NCBI RefSeq assembly: GCF_009914755.1
Contig: NC_060936.1
Direction: 5' to 3' (one strand)
DNA length: 64,000 bases
Source: the human T2T-CHM13v2.0 reference genome, Homo sapiens
The translations under genes were made by a program, and so were the position numbers. Below are positions 1-11,898 of this stretch, one piece after another. The notes below the pieces were generated by a model. It worked only from the letters and a program-made list of their open reading frames with translations. It was not told the origin of the DNA and searched no databases. Numbering within the stretch: the stretch's first letter is position 1; each line of letters starts with the position of its first letter.

Positions 1-239
1 AAGTCACTTTGAAAGGGCCTGTGTGTCCTATCTCTTGTTATTCTCAAGATTCAGCACATAGCAGGTGCTCAGTAATTATTGATGGATAGCCTAATGATGG
101 TGGCAATAATGACAATGATAATAAAGCTTAAAATTTTTAGCAATTTTAGCCTTGGCTGTTTCTTTTTCAGTATTGACTGCCAGTGCCAACAAGAGGGAAT
201 AATATGGTGCTATTACTATGAATGATGATAAGAATGAAA

Positions 240-420
240 CAATATTTACCATTTATTGAGCACTTATTATATTTATGACTCCATTAAACACTTTACAAAC
301 ACTATTTACAATCTTTAAACAAGCCAGTTTTTAGATGAGACACATGATGTTCACAGCTATTAAGTAACTTATGCAAGTTCAGACAGACAGAGAGTGTTAA
401 AATATTAAACCTATGCTCGT
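240..420 (-). mobile_element. MIR SINE fragment
   Basis: CATTTATTGAGCACTTA...TTTTAGATGAG...TTAAGTAACTT matches the reverse-complement MIR core; boundaries approximate. Confidence 0.6.
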
Positions 421-1869
421 TTTATTGAAAAGCTTTTCTTCATACTGCTGTATGGCTGGAAATGAGGGTGTATTTGGCAAATTGACAGGATAATCATCTC
501 CCACCTTCCTGCCAGATAAGTATTCCTTTGTTTCTATAATTCAGATGTCCAACACACAGTAAACATGAAACATCTTCCTGAAATGTTTATTATATTTGAA
601 GCATTAAAACATTAGTTTTATTGCAAAATAAGGAATGTTATATTAATAGTAAAATAATATATTAAGTGAAAAATTTTTAGTTTTTCAGATAAAACCTAAA
701 ATTTCAAAGAAATTTTAGCCTGGTAGCATGCTGTTTATAGTCACATTTCCAGACACCTGTGAATTCTTTTTCACTTTTATCTATCCTTAACTGTAACTTA
801 GTGAAAAACTAGAAAAGCGTGGTATAATACTTAAGAGTTTCTGGATAGTAAATCTCATTTGAAAAGTTTTTCAGTGGTCACATTCATCTTTATTTCTTTT
901 TTGTTTTTTTCATTATAGAATTTATTATTATTATTTTTATTTATTTATTTTTTAATTTTATTATAATTAATCTTTATTTCTTTGAAGTTTTGAATTAGAA
1001 ACTTCACTGTTTTTTTTCTCTTCATATGTACTAGTTTCTCATGTAAAAAGGAATTAATAAAAACAAATTACATTTTGAACATATTATATTCATATGGAAA
1101 TTTTAATCTTTTTAACACATGTCAATTAAACTGCATCTTACATCACACTTAATGACTCAAAAACAGCAATAAATATTTAAAGATATACACCTAATACAAT
1201 CAGTCTTTTCTCATTAAGCACTGGAACTCTCATGTTCTCATACAGAAACCATTCAGCCATGCTTAGGTACTACCCATGTTTTGAATTGCTCCCTATTCTT
1301 GTATAAGTTTGGAAGGATAGAAGAAAAGTCAGCTGCTTTTTTTATTAAGTAGATACTAATCAAAGCGTGGTAGTAACTGAATGTCTTATTTGATGAAAAA
1401 CACTTTTCTGCCATAAACAAGGGAAACAGATAATAGTTTATTTAAAAAACAGAAATTCTCTTGTTTTGGACTTTGCCTTAGGTAACAAAATATGCTAACT
1501 GTACAACAAATGAAAAGAAAAGACACTCATATATGGGTATGTGCACATACACAAATCCACAAAGAGTAAAATATATGTGTCATACAACCAGACTCTTTTG
1601 GACCTCCAAACCAAGTACAAATTGGTCTGCACTTATTTCTTTCTATTATCGCAATCAATAGTCACAAGGATCTAGTTTAATTTCTTCTCCTTTCTCCATA
1701 CCTATTAGCACAGTGCCCAATTAATAGTAACTTAATAAATATTTATTGAATAAATGAACAAATGGCCTTATATTTTTTTGACCCTGATCACTCTAACCTA
1801 CTATTATTTAGGTTTACAATAGTATCTATTTCTATTAAGTCATGAGTAATCATCCTGGCCCACGACATC

Positions 1870-2060
1870 ACTGTAGCACGGTGAAAAGGAGTCTGATTGC
1901 TCTCATTTTGAATCTCATGACTGGGAGTGAAAATGTGGACAACTTCACTTACCCTTCTGAAAGCTAGATTTTTTCTTCTGCAACATGGAACTCATAAAAT
2001 GGTTTTAATTTGTTGAGAGGTTATATAACTAAAGTGTGTAAAATATTTTGCACATGATAC
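1870..2060 (+). mobile_element. degenerate MIR fragment
   Basis: GGACAACTTCACTTACCCTTCTG...TTCTGCAACATGG...GTTGAGAGGTTATA resembles the MIR core. Confidence 0.4.
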
Positions 2061-2439
2061 TCTACAAAGATAAATTCCCTTCACTTCTATGTCCTTCGAA
2101 GTCAAATCAGAGGATGAGAAATGATTGATGTAGAAAACCCTTGGATGTTTAGACACACACAGAAAAGGTGTCTTAGATAACAGGAGTCCTTAGATGACAC
2201 TTTGATAATCGCTGCTACATCAAATAATTACTAGTTTCACAAAAAGCAAAACAAATACTACTACTTAAGAAACTGCAGTGTATAAATAACCTTTCTGTGA
2301 CAGAAACTTTGACCAGACATACAAACTGAAAATCATAAGAATCGGATATATGAAGGTACTGTGCACAAACAAGAAACTAACCCAGTAGAAATTCAGCACA
2401 ATTAAATTTAAAAGGTTATTATAAAAAATACTTTTGAAG

Positions 2440-3710
2440 TCTGACTTTCCTCAAGTACCAAAAAAAGGAGAAAAAAATAAAAATAAATATTTCTTAAACT
2501 CTTCCAAAAAATAGAGCTAGTGGGAATATTTCCAAACACAATTTGTGAGGTCAACATCACCTTGACTAAGCCAAACAAACACACCTCAGGAAAAGTAAGG
2601 CCAATATCTATAATGGACATTGATGTAAAAATCCTCAGTAAAATGTTAGTAATAGTTTATCGAAAGGATTACACATCATATTCAAGTGGAATTTATTCCT
2701 GGCATGCAAAGGCTGGTTTAACGTGTGCAAACCAACGAAAGTAATATTTCACATTAACAGAAGAAAAGATAAAAACCGCGTGATCATCTCAATTGACACA
2801 GCAAAAGCCTTTAACAAAATTCACCATACTTTCTTGATTAAAACTCTCAACAATTTAGGTGAAGAAGGAAAATTTCTTGACATAATAAGCCATTTATGAA
2901 AAACTAACAGCTAACATTAAAATAAATGGGGGAAAACTGAAAGTGTTTCCACTAAGATCTGATACAAGGCAGGTTTACCCAGTCAGGTCATTCTATTCAA
3001 CATAGTACTGATCATACTAGCAAGAGCAATAGGAAAAGAAAGAAATAAAAGACATCCAAGTTTGAAAGGAAGAAGTAAAATTATCTCTATTTGCAGATGA
3101 CATAATTGCATATATAGAAAACTTCAAAGATTTCACATACATAAAAACAAGAAAATCAACAAAACCAAAAGCTTGTTCTTTTAAAAGATCAACAAAATTG
3201 ATAAGCCTCTAATTAGACTAAGAAAAAAAGGCAGAAGGCACAAATCACTAATATCAGAGATAAAAGAGGGGCCCTCACTATAAATCCTTGGACATTAAAG
3301 GACAATAAAAGAATATTACAAACAACTATATACCCACAAATATGATAACAAAGATGAAATGGACCAATTCCTTGAAAGACAATCTATCCAACCTCACACA
3401 TAAATAATCTGAATAGGTCTATATTCATTAAGGAAGTTAAATTAATAATTAACAATTTTTTAAACACTAAGCAACAGGTCCAGGTGATATCTGGGTCTTT
3501 CTGCTGTGCATATAAATTTTAAAATCAGTTTTTTCTTATCCACAAAACAACTTTCTTGGATTTTGATTGGGATTGCATTGAATTCACAGATCAATTTGCA
3601 AAGAGCTAACATGTAGACAGTATTGGGTCTTCCTATCTATGAACATGGAATATCTCTTAATTTATTTAACTCTTATTTGATTTATTTGATCAGCATTTTG
3701 CAGAGTTTTC
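2440..3710. mobile_element. scrambled old L1 (L1M) ORF2 fragments: 2440-3140 (+, RT region), 3141-3485 (+, more 5' ORF2 region), 3490-3710 (-)
   Basis: ORF 2520-2744 (RPISIMDIDVKILSK) is L1 ORF2 RT-like; AAATTATCTCTATTTGCAGATGAC = KLSLFADD; later pieces match other ORF2 segments. Confidence 0.8.
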
Positions 3711-3755
3711 CACTAGTTATAATTAAATACTGTTAATAGTTAATCAACGTTAACC

Positions 3756-4025
3756 TTTTTTTTTCTCTTCAGACAGAGTCTTGGTCCAGCAAAATCATAC
3801 CTTACTGTAATGTTGAACTCCTGGGCTCAAGCAGTTCTCTTGATTCAGCTTCCCAAGTAGTTATAACTATAAACACATGCCACTATGCTGGACTAACTTA
3901 AAAAAAACTGTAGAAACAGGGTGTCACAATGTTGCCCAGGCCAGTCTTGAACTCCTGGCATCAAGTGATCCTCCTGCCTTGGGCCTCCCAAGTGCCATGA
4001 TTGCAGGCATGAGCCACTGTCTCCA
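3756..4025 (-). mobile_element. old Alu (AluJ-like) with internal deletion
   Basis: poly-T, CTCCTGGGCTCAAGC, GCATGAGCCACTG; TSD CAAC(G/A)TTAAC on both sides. Confidence 0.85.
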
Positions 4026-4366
4026 ACAACATTAACTATTTCTCAATGATCTGATTTATGATAATTTTTTTCTCATTTTATTATTTCCTTTATAGTATTA
4101 ATTTTTTTGACTCAATACATTTTTAAAACTATGATTTTGATATCCCACATGGGAAGATCAGATAAGCATTACCACAGAGCTCAGATTTATAGGTAAAGGT
4201 ATGTATTTTTATAGATTTATATGTATATATATGTATAATTAAACAATATAAGAATAAGATGAGAAAAAAATTGTATGTCAAAAAGTCAATCATTATCATA
4301 AGTAAAAACATACCTAATGTTACAGTTTTTTGTGTATTTTTATTTTAATGTGGACTTTCTTTGAAA

Positions 4367-4748
4367 TTTTTTATTTTTTAACTTTTATTTTAGGTTGAGG
4401 GGTACCTGTGCAGGTTTGTTATAGGTAAATTGCATGTCACAGGGCCTTGGTGTGCAGGTTATTTTATCACCCAGGCAATAAGTATAGTACCCAATAGGTA
4501 GTTTTTTGATCCTCACCCTCCTCCCCAACCTCCATCCTCAAGTAAGCGCCAGTGTCTGTTGTTACCTTCTTTGGGTCCATGTGTACTCAATGTGTTCCCC
4601 TTATAAGTGAAAACATGTGGTATTTGGTTTTCTGTTCCTGTGTTAGTTTGCTTAGGATAATGGCCTCCAGCTCCATCCATGTTGCCACAAAGGATGTAAT
4701 TTTGTTCCTTTTTATGGCTGTGTAGTATTCTATGGTGTACATGTACCA
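4367..4748 (-). mobile_element. 5'-truncated L1 3' end (L1PA13-16-like)
   Basis: T-rich tail then TTTAGGTTGAGGGGTACCTGTGCAGG; ORF 4587-4769 matches the L1 ORF2 C-terminus/3' UTR. Confidence 0.85.
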
Positions 4749-4930
4749 CTGACACAGAGTAGATGGCAAATAAATATTAGCTTGTATTGTTCACAGATGT
4801 GAATATCTTAATTCTGACTACTATAATGAGTGGATATTTGTTAATCGTTAATGTTGATCATTAATCAACATTAACATTGTTTGTTTTAACCCCATCTAAA
4901 TTAGGATGCTGCCCATCCTGGATATATATA

Positions 4931-4942
4931 AGATAGACAGAC

Positions 4943-4997
<55 letters not shown>

Positions 4998-5006
4998 TAG
5001 ATAGAT
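4931..5006. repeat. compound tetranucleotide STR (AGAT)1(AGAC)2(AGAT)10(AGAC)3(AGAT)3
   Basis: read directly. Confidence 0.95.
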
Positions 5007-5276
5007 CTTAGCTAGTTGATTTCTGTCTGGATGGCTTTTATAGTATGCTAAACTGTGCTTTTCAATTAATATTTATTGAGTGCTTGTGTTTTATGTCAAG
5101 TTTTATTTATGCATTTCCAGCAATATAAACTAATTTATGGATAATTCTGCAATTATATTTTTTTCTGTAAAATAGATTTTTTATGTAGGGGACAAGATGC
5201 TCCAAGCTTTCCATTTTTCTCTTCAACTTATATGAAACAATAATTGAAGTTGATTACCAACACAGATGGGGGAAAT

Positions 5277-5763
5277 TATATTGATTTCCTAGGGCTGCCA
5301 TGAGAAAGTATCACAAATTGGGTGGCTTAAAAAACAGAAATTTATTGTCTGTCCCACAGTTCTGGAGGCTAGAGGTCCATAATCAAGGTGTCAGCAAGAT
5401 AATACTCTCTCTGAAATCTGAAAAGGAGAATCCTTCCTTGCCTCCCATATCTTTTGTATTATCCAGCAATTCTTAACATTCCTTGGTGTGTTAATACATT
5501 CCTAATTAAGTCTCTGCCTGTGTGTTACCTGGTTATCTTCCTGTGTGATTTTACACTGTCTTCCCTCAGTGCCTATCTGTGTTTTTGTCCAAATTTCTCC
5601 TTCTTAGAATGACAGCAATCACACTGGATTAGGCCCCTTCCTAATGACCTTATCTTAATTACATCTACAAAGACCCTATTTCTAAATAAGGTCACATTCA
5701 CAGATACCAGGGGTTAGAACTTCAATATATCTTTTTGGGGGACACGATTAAAGCCATAACACA
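5277..5763 (-). mobile_element. MaLR solo LTR (MLT1B/C-like)
   Basis: CCTAGGGCTGCCA...GGGTGGCTTAAA...CACAGTTCTGGAGGCTAG...AAGGTCACATTCACAG...GGGGGACAC...CCATAACA. Confidence 0.85.
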
Positions 5764-6169
5764 AACCCTTTTGCCTTACGCAAAAAAAGCTGTAAATATC
5801 CCTACCGTTCAGTAAACATCTCAGCAGAATAATGGAAAAAACACTTTTATAGAAGAAAAATTCTTAATTTCTGTGTAGTCATTCTTCGTAGGATTATTGA
5901 TAATTTGGGGAATATTCCAAGCAAAAATATAGCCATGCATGTGTGAACATATTTGTACAAGAATGTCCATCACAGCATCATATTTTATAATATCAAAAAA
6001 TCAGAAACACTGTCAAGAGTCATTAATAGGGAGTTGGTTGACCACATTGAGATTCAACCTTCATAAAGTAAAATACTCTTTTTGGTCATTTTAATAAATG
6101 AAGTATATTTATTACTAGTGATATGGCAATAAGAATTATAAATTAATAGCTGAAATACAATGATTGATT

Positions 6170-6375
6170 TCCAATTACCAGGCAATATGTTATGTGCTTA
6201 CTGTATCACATTTAATCTTTACAATCATCATATGACGTAGATGTTCTGCTATCTCCATTTTATGGATAGGCAATAGTTAATAAGATTGATTAAGTAATTT
6301 ACCCAATTATACCCAGTGCTGAGTGGAGCAGACAGTATTTATATCCAGATAGTCCAATTGCAAATCTCAAGTGCA
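6170..6375 (-). mobile_element. MIR fragment
   Basis: CATTTAATCTTTACAA...CTCCATTTTATGGATAGG...TTAAGTAATTTACCCAA. Confidence 0.55.
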
Positions 6376-6483
6376 TTGTCCCTATGCTGTTAATGATTGA
6401 ATAGATGCAACAACACATATTAATTTCAGGAAGCAATCATTTAAGGAATACTTTGTATAGTGTGATTCCACCATGGGGAAAGG

Positions 6484-6560
6484 TGTGTGCATGTGTGTGT
6501 GTGCGTGCGTGTGCCTGTGTGTGTGTGCGTGTGCCTGTGTGTGTGCATGTGTGTGTGTGT
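6484..6560. repeat. imperfect (TG)n/(TGCG) alternating purine-pyrimidine tract
   Basis: read directly. Confidence 0.9.
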
Positions 6561-7794
6561 AAAAGGTGAAAGCAGGTACAGTGGGGTAGTCAGAAATGGG
6601 GATGGGAACTAAAATTACTGAGTAGCACATACCTAACAATACCGAAACTTTGCAAATTATAAGAGAAAATGCGATTTAACATCCTTCTATGTCTTACCAG
6701 GAAATAAAGAGATATTCTCAGAAAGAAAGTGAAAAGGAAATCTTGAAGGTAAGTTTGCAAATAACGTGTTTATTTACACACAGCTCATTTTTCTACTCTG
6801 CAGTCCTGGAAGAGTTTCTCCAACATGATCACCTTGGTGAGTGACAGATCTGCTATCACAATTTGCTTCTACAAAAATTACATTTGTATCTGAACAGGAA
6901 GCAGAGAGAGACGTTGAGATGCAGGATTGGTAATAGCTAGTTTAGAACAGCTAAGATAATTTTTTGATCTGCCAGGAGAAAGAATGGTAAGGTGGGGAGG
7001 TGGGGGGATGTATTTTTGTCCTATCTCTAATATAGAGAGGGCAGACTTGGAAGGATTTATGGCCCTAGACTCACAGAGAAAATAGTATTCACAACTCAAA
7101 GTGCTCATTAAGCTGCTGAAGTAAAAAGGGCTTGGGAACTCCTCACATGAGAAGGCAGCAGGATACTGATAGTAACAGTTGGTGGATGGATGTTAAGTAT
7201 TCAACTACTGGGAAGCAAGTGAATCTTTAAAAGGAGGTTCATGATTAGAGCCCAGCGGTTTTGACACACTGCAATCAAGCTGTAAAGAAACATAGCATAG
7301 TAAGGGATAAGCTTGTCAAAAGAGTAAAAACCAAGGACACTCAGGTAGAGCCAAGACATAAGCTTTTGGAAAGAGAAAAACACATTAACCAAACTAATTT
7401 CAGGCAGCATTGTTTTTACTTGATTCAACTATTTGAGTTGAATAAATATTAAACACATTAAACCTTTTCTTAGGGGACTAAAATGAAACTACCTATGGGA
7501 ATAAAACAAACAAACAACAACAACAACAAAAAAAAACAAAGAGAATCACTCCCAAATTGGGGAAAAGGAGGTAAATCTTTGTGGAAATATAAGTAATGAA
7601 GTATTATTACAGTGAATGTTTAAATACTGGCTAATGAATTGTGCTGTGTTAGGTAAGGTATGTTTATTGTCCAATGATTCAACCTAAATTTCTATTTTTG
7701 ACAAAGAAATAAAAATATATTTCTGACTATAGAAATAAAGTCATTCCTATATGGCTGAGCTACTACAATTAAAGTCAACTCAGAATAATCATTA

Positions 7795-8035
7795 AAGCTT
7801 ATTGAGCTTCTAATGCAACAAGTAATATTCTAAGCACTTTTTAATATCCGTTCATGTAGTACTCATGAGAAGCCAAAGGTAAGAACTATTATTAGCTCCT
7901 GTTTGAAGACAAAATGCTGAGGCACAATCTATCCAAACAATTTACCCAAGATCACACAGCTAGTACATATTAGAGCCAAGATTGTGACCTGGGAAGTCTG
8001 GCCCCAGCATCTGGGCTCTTAGCACTACATTACAT
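7795..8035 (-). mobile_element. MIR
   Basis: TTTATTGAGC...CTAAGCACTTT...CTGAGGCACA...CCCAAGATCACACAGCTAG. Confidence 0.7.
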
Positions 8036-8140
8036 AGCCCCATTAACTGATAAGGTAATTCATAGAGACTTAAATGTTACTGACACATGCTCATCTCCCT
8101 TTAATAGCCACATCCTAGAAACACCTCTAAAATAAACAAC

Positions 8141-8653
8141 TGTGGTAGTTTAAAAATATGTACACAAATTATTTTCTTCTTTTCCTTTCAAGAGATGGAG
8201 CTTATCACGTTCTCTAGAGCATGGGGTGGACTTACTTCTTTGTTTCTAATAAATAGATATGAAAAGAGAAAGTAACCATGCGAGACTTCAGAGACGAAGT
8301 CAGAAAAGACAGTGTCGCTTCTGCCTTTCTCTCTCTTGGATCACTTGCCCTAGGGAAAGCCAGATGACAACTTATGATGACACTCAAATAGGCTATGGAG
8401 AGGCTGATGTGTGAGGAAGTAAAGAAGCCTCCTGCCAACCGCCATGTGAGTAAGTAATCTTGGACACAGTTTCTACAGCCTCAATCACACCTTCAGATGA
8501 CTGAGGCCTCTATTAACTTCCTAACTGCAACTTCAAAAGACTCCACTCTGCTCATCTGTTTCTGAATCCCTGAACCACAGACACTATGAGCTAATGAATA
8601 TTTATGGTTTTCAACCGAGATACATTGTTATGTAGCTATTGGTAACTAAAACA
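8141..8653 (+). mobile_element. MaLR solo LTR (MLT1F/G-like)
   Basis: starts TGTGGTAGTTTAAAAATATG; contains CTTCAGATGACTG and GAATCCCTGAACCACAGA; ends GGTAACTAAAACA. Confidence 0.75.
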
Positions 8654-9034
8654 CACCTATAAAAATAATATTTTAAAGTCATTAGACATTTTTTAGTTAT
8701 AAAATGTATAATAAGATTAAGAAGATAGGATACCTGTTTATAAACTTAAATCTATAAATTCATACATTTTACTTCACTAAAACAAATCAAGATGCTCTGA
8801 AAACTCAGAAATATGTGTTGCAGAAAGAGGCACAATAAGCCTTAATTCCCTGTAACTTTCATTATATCTATCTGGAAAATCACTTTTTTTTAAAGAGCTT
8901 TTTGTACTAAGAGGACTACTTTCTAAAAAGTTGCTATTCATTTTAAATGTCCATAGATGCTTGCCTATGCATTCTATTGCTTAGAAAAAGCACTCAATGG
9001 AGCCGGTTCCACTTGCTGCCTTGAAAGCAAGAAG

Positions 9035-9200
9035 ACCTTCAGGCTGTAATCCCTCACTGACTTTCTAAGAGACCCTGAGCAGCCCATTTACCCTCTCGGC
9101 ATCTCCACTTGCTTCTTCTGCAAAATTAGGATGCTAATAAGTGCTGAGCTTCCTTACAGGACTGCTGTAAGGGGTAAGGGATAAAAATTCTTAAAAGGTC
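9035..9200 (+). mobile_element. MIR fragment
   Basis: GACCCTGAGCAGCCCATTTACCCTCTC...CTTCTGCAAAATTAGGATGCTAATAA. Confidence 0.5.
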
Positions 9201-10604
9201 TTTGAAAATTTGGCATGTCAGATAAATTTAAAACTCCAGCTTCTCATTAAACTTCCTGGTGCTTTGCTTAGCATTGCTCTGGCTAACATGACTATATTGT
9301 TAAAAAAAGAGAGAGAGCTGAATTTCAAACAACGTGCTGCTTTCCTATAATTTTACTGATTATGGAGTATGTCAACTGAACAAATATGTTAAAGAGTTCT
9401 GCACTTAAATATCATCATCATCATAAGAAACATGATGATGACATTAAAACAAGCCCATTTCTGTTTCCCTGACGTGTTCGTCTTATTAAGATACTTGTTT
9501 GATAGGTGTCAAATTAACACCTATCGAGGTCACTGCTGTGATAACAGGGTGTTTTGCTGAGAGCAGAATGCCAGGTTATAATCTCTTACTAATTACTTCT
9601 AAGGATTATATAGCTACCCAGGGCTGTAGTATCTTTCACACTTATCCTGGTTGGCAAATTACTTATCTATGGTGCTAGGAAAGTTCACCTGCTATTAAGC
9701 CTAAGGAGACCTTAATTAAAATCAGTTGAGTGTATCTGTGTGTCTTTGACATTAAAAGAAACACACTCGTGAGTTCCCTTTGGAGAATTTATCTGTGCTG
9801 CTTCTCACTACCATTTCAGTATCGACTTTTCTTGATTTTCAAGGAAGCCTCTTATGCTTTCTTTAGAAGGTGTGTACATAGCAATTTTTCTCTTAGTTAA
9901 GAAGCTCAAGAGGTTTGGAGGGAAAAAAAGTTTAATGGGCATAAGTACCTTTGGAGGCTTCATCCTAAGCTGTACTTCATTTTTGCATTGACTTTTCTCC
10001 TTTCCTTTGAAATATGGCAAATTACCCAGGAGTCCCAGATGTGGCTACTTGTGGGGAACAAATTTTAGCAGGAACAGAGTGGAAGGGAGGTAACCAGTGA
10101 CGTGGCTCCTGAGGTCATTTGGATAAGATATGATGGATGACATAACTTGTCCTGGATGACAGTGTCCTCAATTTTTTTTTGTATTTTAGGTTTACCTTTT
10201 ACAAAAGGTGAGAAAATTTGAAAGACATTTATCTTCCTAAAATGAAAGGATTAGATGTCACTTCTTAATGTTTATATGGTATAAAGACTTCATTAGTTTA
10301 TCCAGAAAATATTTATTGGGGACCTAATAGGTGTTGAGTAATTGTGCTCTGAGTAATTGTGCTCCTATTAGGTGTTGTGCTAATTGCTGGGCATACAGTA
10401 GTGAACAAAACAGAAACTTTCCTGGCCCTCATGGTGCCTATATACTTATGGGGGAGATAAACATCAGACAAGAAAACCAACTATTAACTGTAAAATCAAT
10501 AGTTGTGTTTAAGCATTCTCAAGAAAAACAACAGGTAAAGTAACACAAGGACTCTAAGAATGAGTTATCAACAAAGGCCTCATTAAAGAAATGATATTTG
10601 ATAC

Positions 10605-11289
10605 TGAGAGGTGAAGCCAGCTGGACTTCCTGGGTCAAATGGGGACTTGGAGAACTTTTCTGTCTAGCTATAAACGTTTGTAAATGCACCAATCAGCACT
10701 CTGTGTCTAGCTAAAGGTTTGTAAATGCACCAATCAGCACTCCGTAAAAACAGACCAATCAGCACTCTGTAAAATGGACCAATTAGCACTCTGTAAAATG
10801 GACCAATCAGCAGGATGTGGGTGGGGCCAAATAAGGGGATAAAAGCTGGCCACAGCAACCAGCAGCAGCAACCAGCTGGGTTCCCCTTCCACCCCCTTGG
10901 AAGCTTTGTTCTTTTGCTCTTCACAACAAATCTTGCTGCTGCTCACTCATTGGGTCCCTACTACCTTTATGAGCTGTAACACTCACCACGAGGGTCTGCG
11001 GCTTCATTCCTGAAGTCAGCGAGACCACGAACCCACCAGGAGGAACAAACAACTCCGGACGTGCCACCTTTAAGAGCTGTAACACTCACTGCAAAGGTCT
11101 GTGGCTTCACTCCTGAAGTCGGCAAGACCAGGAACCCACCGGAAGGAAGAAACTCCAGACACATTTGAACATCTGAAGGAACAAACTCCCGACACACCAT
11201 CTTTAAGAACTGTAACGTGAGGGTCTGTGGCTTCATTCTTAAAGTCAGTGAGACCAAGAACCCACCGGAAGGAACCAATTCTGGACACG
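10605..11289 (+). mobile_element. ERV9 solo LTR (LTR12 family, 685 bp)
   Basis: starts TGAGAGGTGAAGCCAGCTGG and ends GGAACCAATTCTGGACAC; repeated CCAATCAGCAC units; 4-bp TSD ATAC/ATAT. Confidence 0.95.
10686..10845 (+). promoter_or_regulatory. LTR12 U3 enhancer/promoter: five CCAAT (NF-Y) boxes and a TATA-like GGATAAAA
   Basis: CCAAT motifs read directly; NF-Y dependence of LTR12 promoters is established. Confidence 0.7.
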
Positions 11290-11596
11290 ATATGACTACA
11301 AAATGTTAGAAGGAGCAGTCCAGAAAAGGAAACAGCATGTGCAAAAGCTCAACTGTGGGAAGGAACTCAGTGCATTCAAGGAAGAAAAAGTAGACCAGTG
11401 AGTCTCAAATAGAGTGAATTCAGGGAAGAAGTGCAAGAAATGAAGATGGAGAGTCAAGACAGATCCAGGTGGTGCAGGGCCTTGTAGGTAATGATAAGGA
11501 ACTTGGATTTTTATGTAAAGTGCAATGGGGATTTATTAATATGATTTTATTTGCATTTTGAAGAAAATCACTCTGGCTTTCATTAGAGAGTGGATT

Positions 11597-11898
11597 TTCT
11601 TTTCTTTTCTTTTTTTGATGGAGTCTTGCTTTTGTCACCCAGTCTGGAGTGCAGTGGTGGAATCTTGGCTCACTGCAACTTTTGCTTCCTGGGTTCAAGT
11701 GATTCGCCTGCCTTAGCCTCCTGAGTAGCTGGGATTACAGGCGACCACCACCACACCAGGCTAATTTTTGTCCTTTTAGTAGAGACGGGGTTTTGCCATG
11801 TTGGCCAGGCTGGTCTCGAACTCCTGACCTCAGGTGATCTGCCCGCCTCAGCCTCCCAAAGTGCTGGGATTACACACGTGAGCCACTGCGCCCAGCCG
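11597..11898 (-). mobile_element. AluSx-like
   Basis: full dimeric Alu with CTCCTGACCTCAGGTGATC. Confidence 0.95.

Noticed and set aside
6701-6748. Lys/Glu-rich micro-exon as part of triadin or a casein
   Set aside because: No match to the protein sequences I recall; the phase-1 reading has a stop
9411-9441. (TCA)n...(TGA)n inverted repeat
   Set aside because: Low-complexity trinucleotide runs; expected by chance
10664-11288. Tandem units resembling a CRISPR array and repetitive ORFs (RVLIGPFY)
   Set aside because: Normal LTR12 U3/U5 repeats with no unique spacers; eukaryotic DNA
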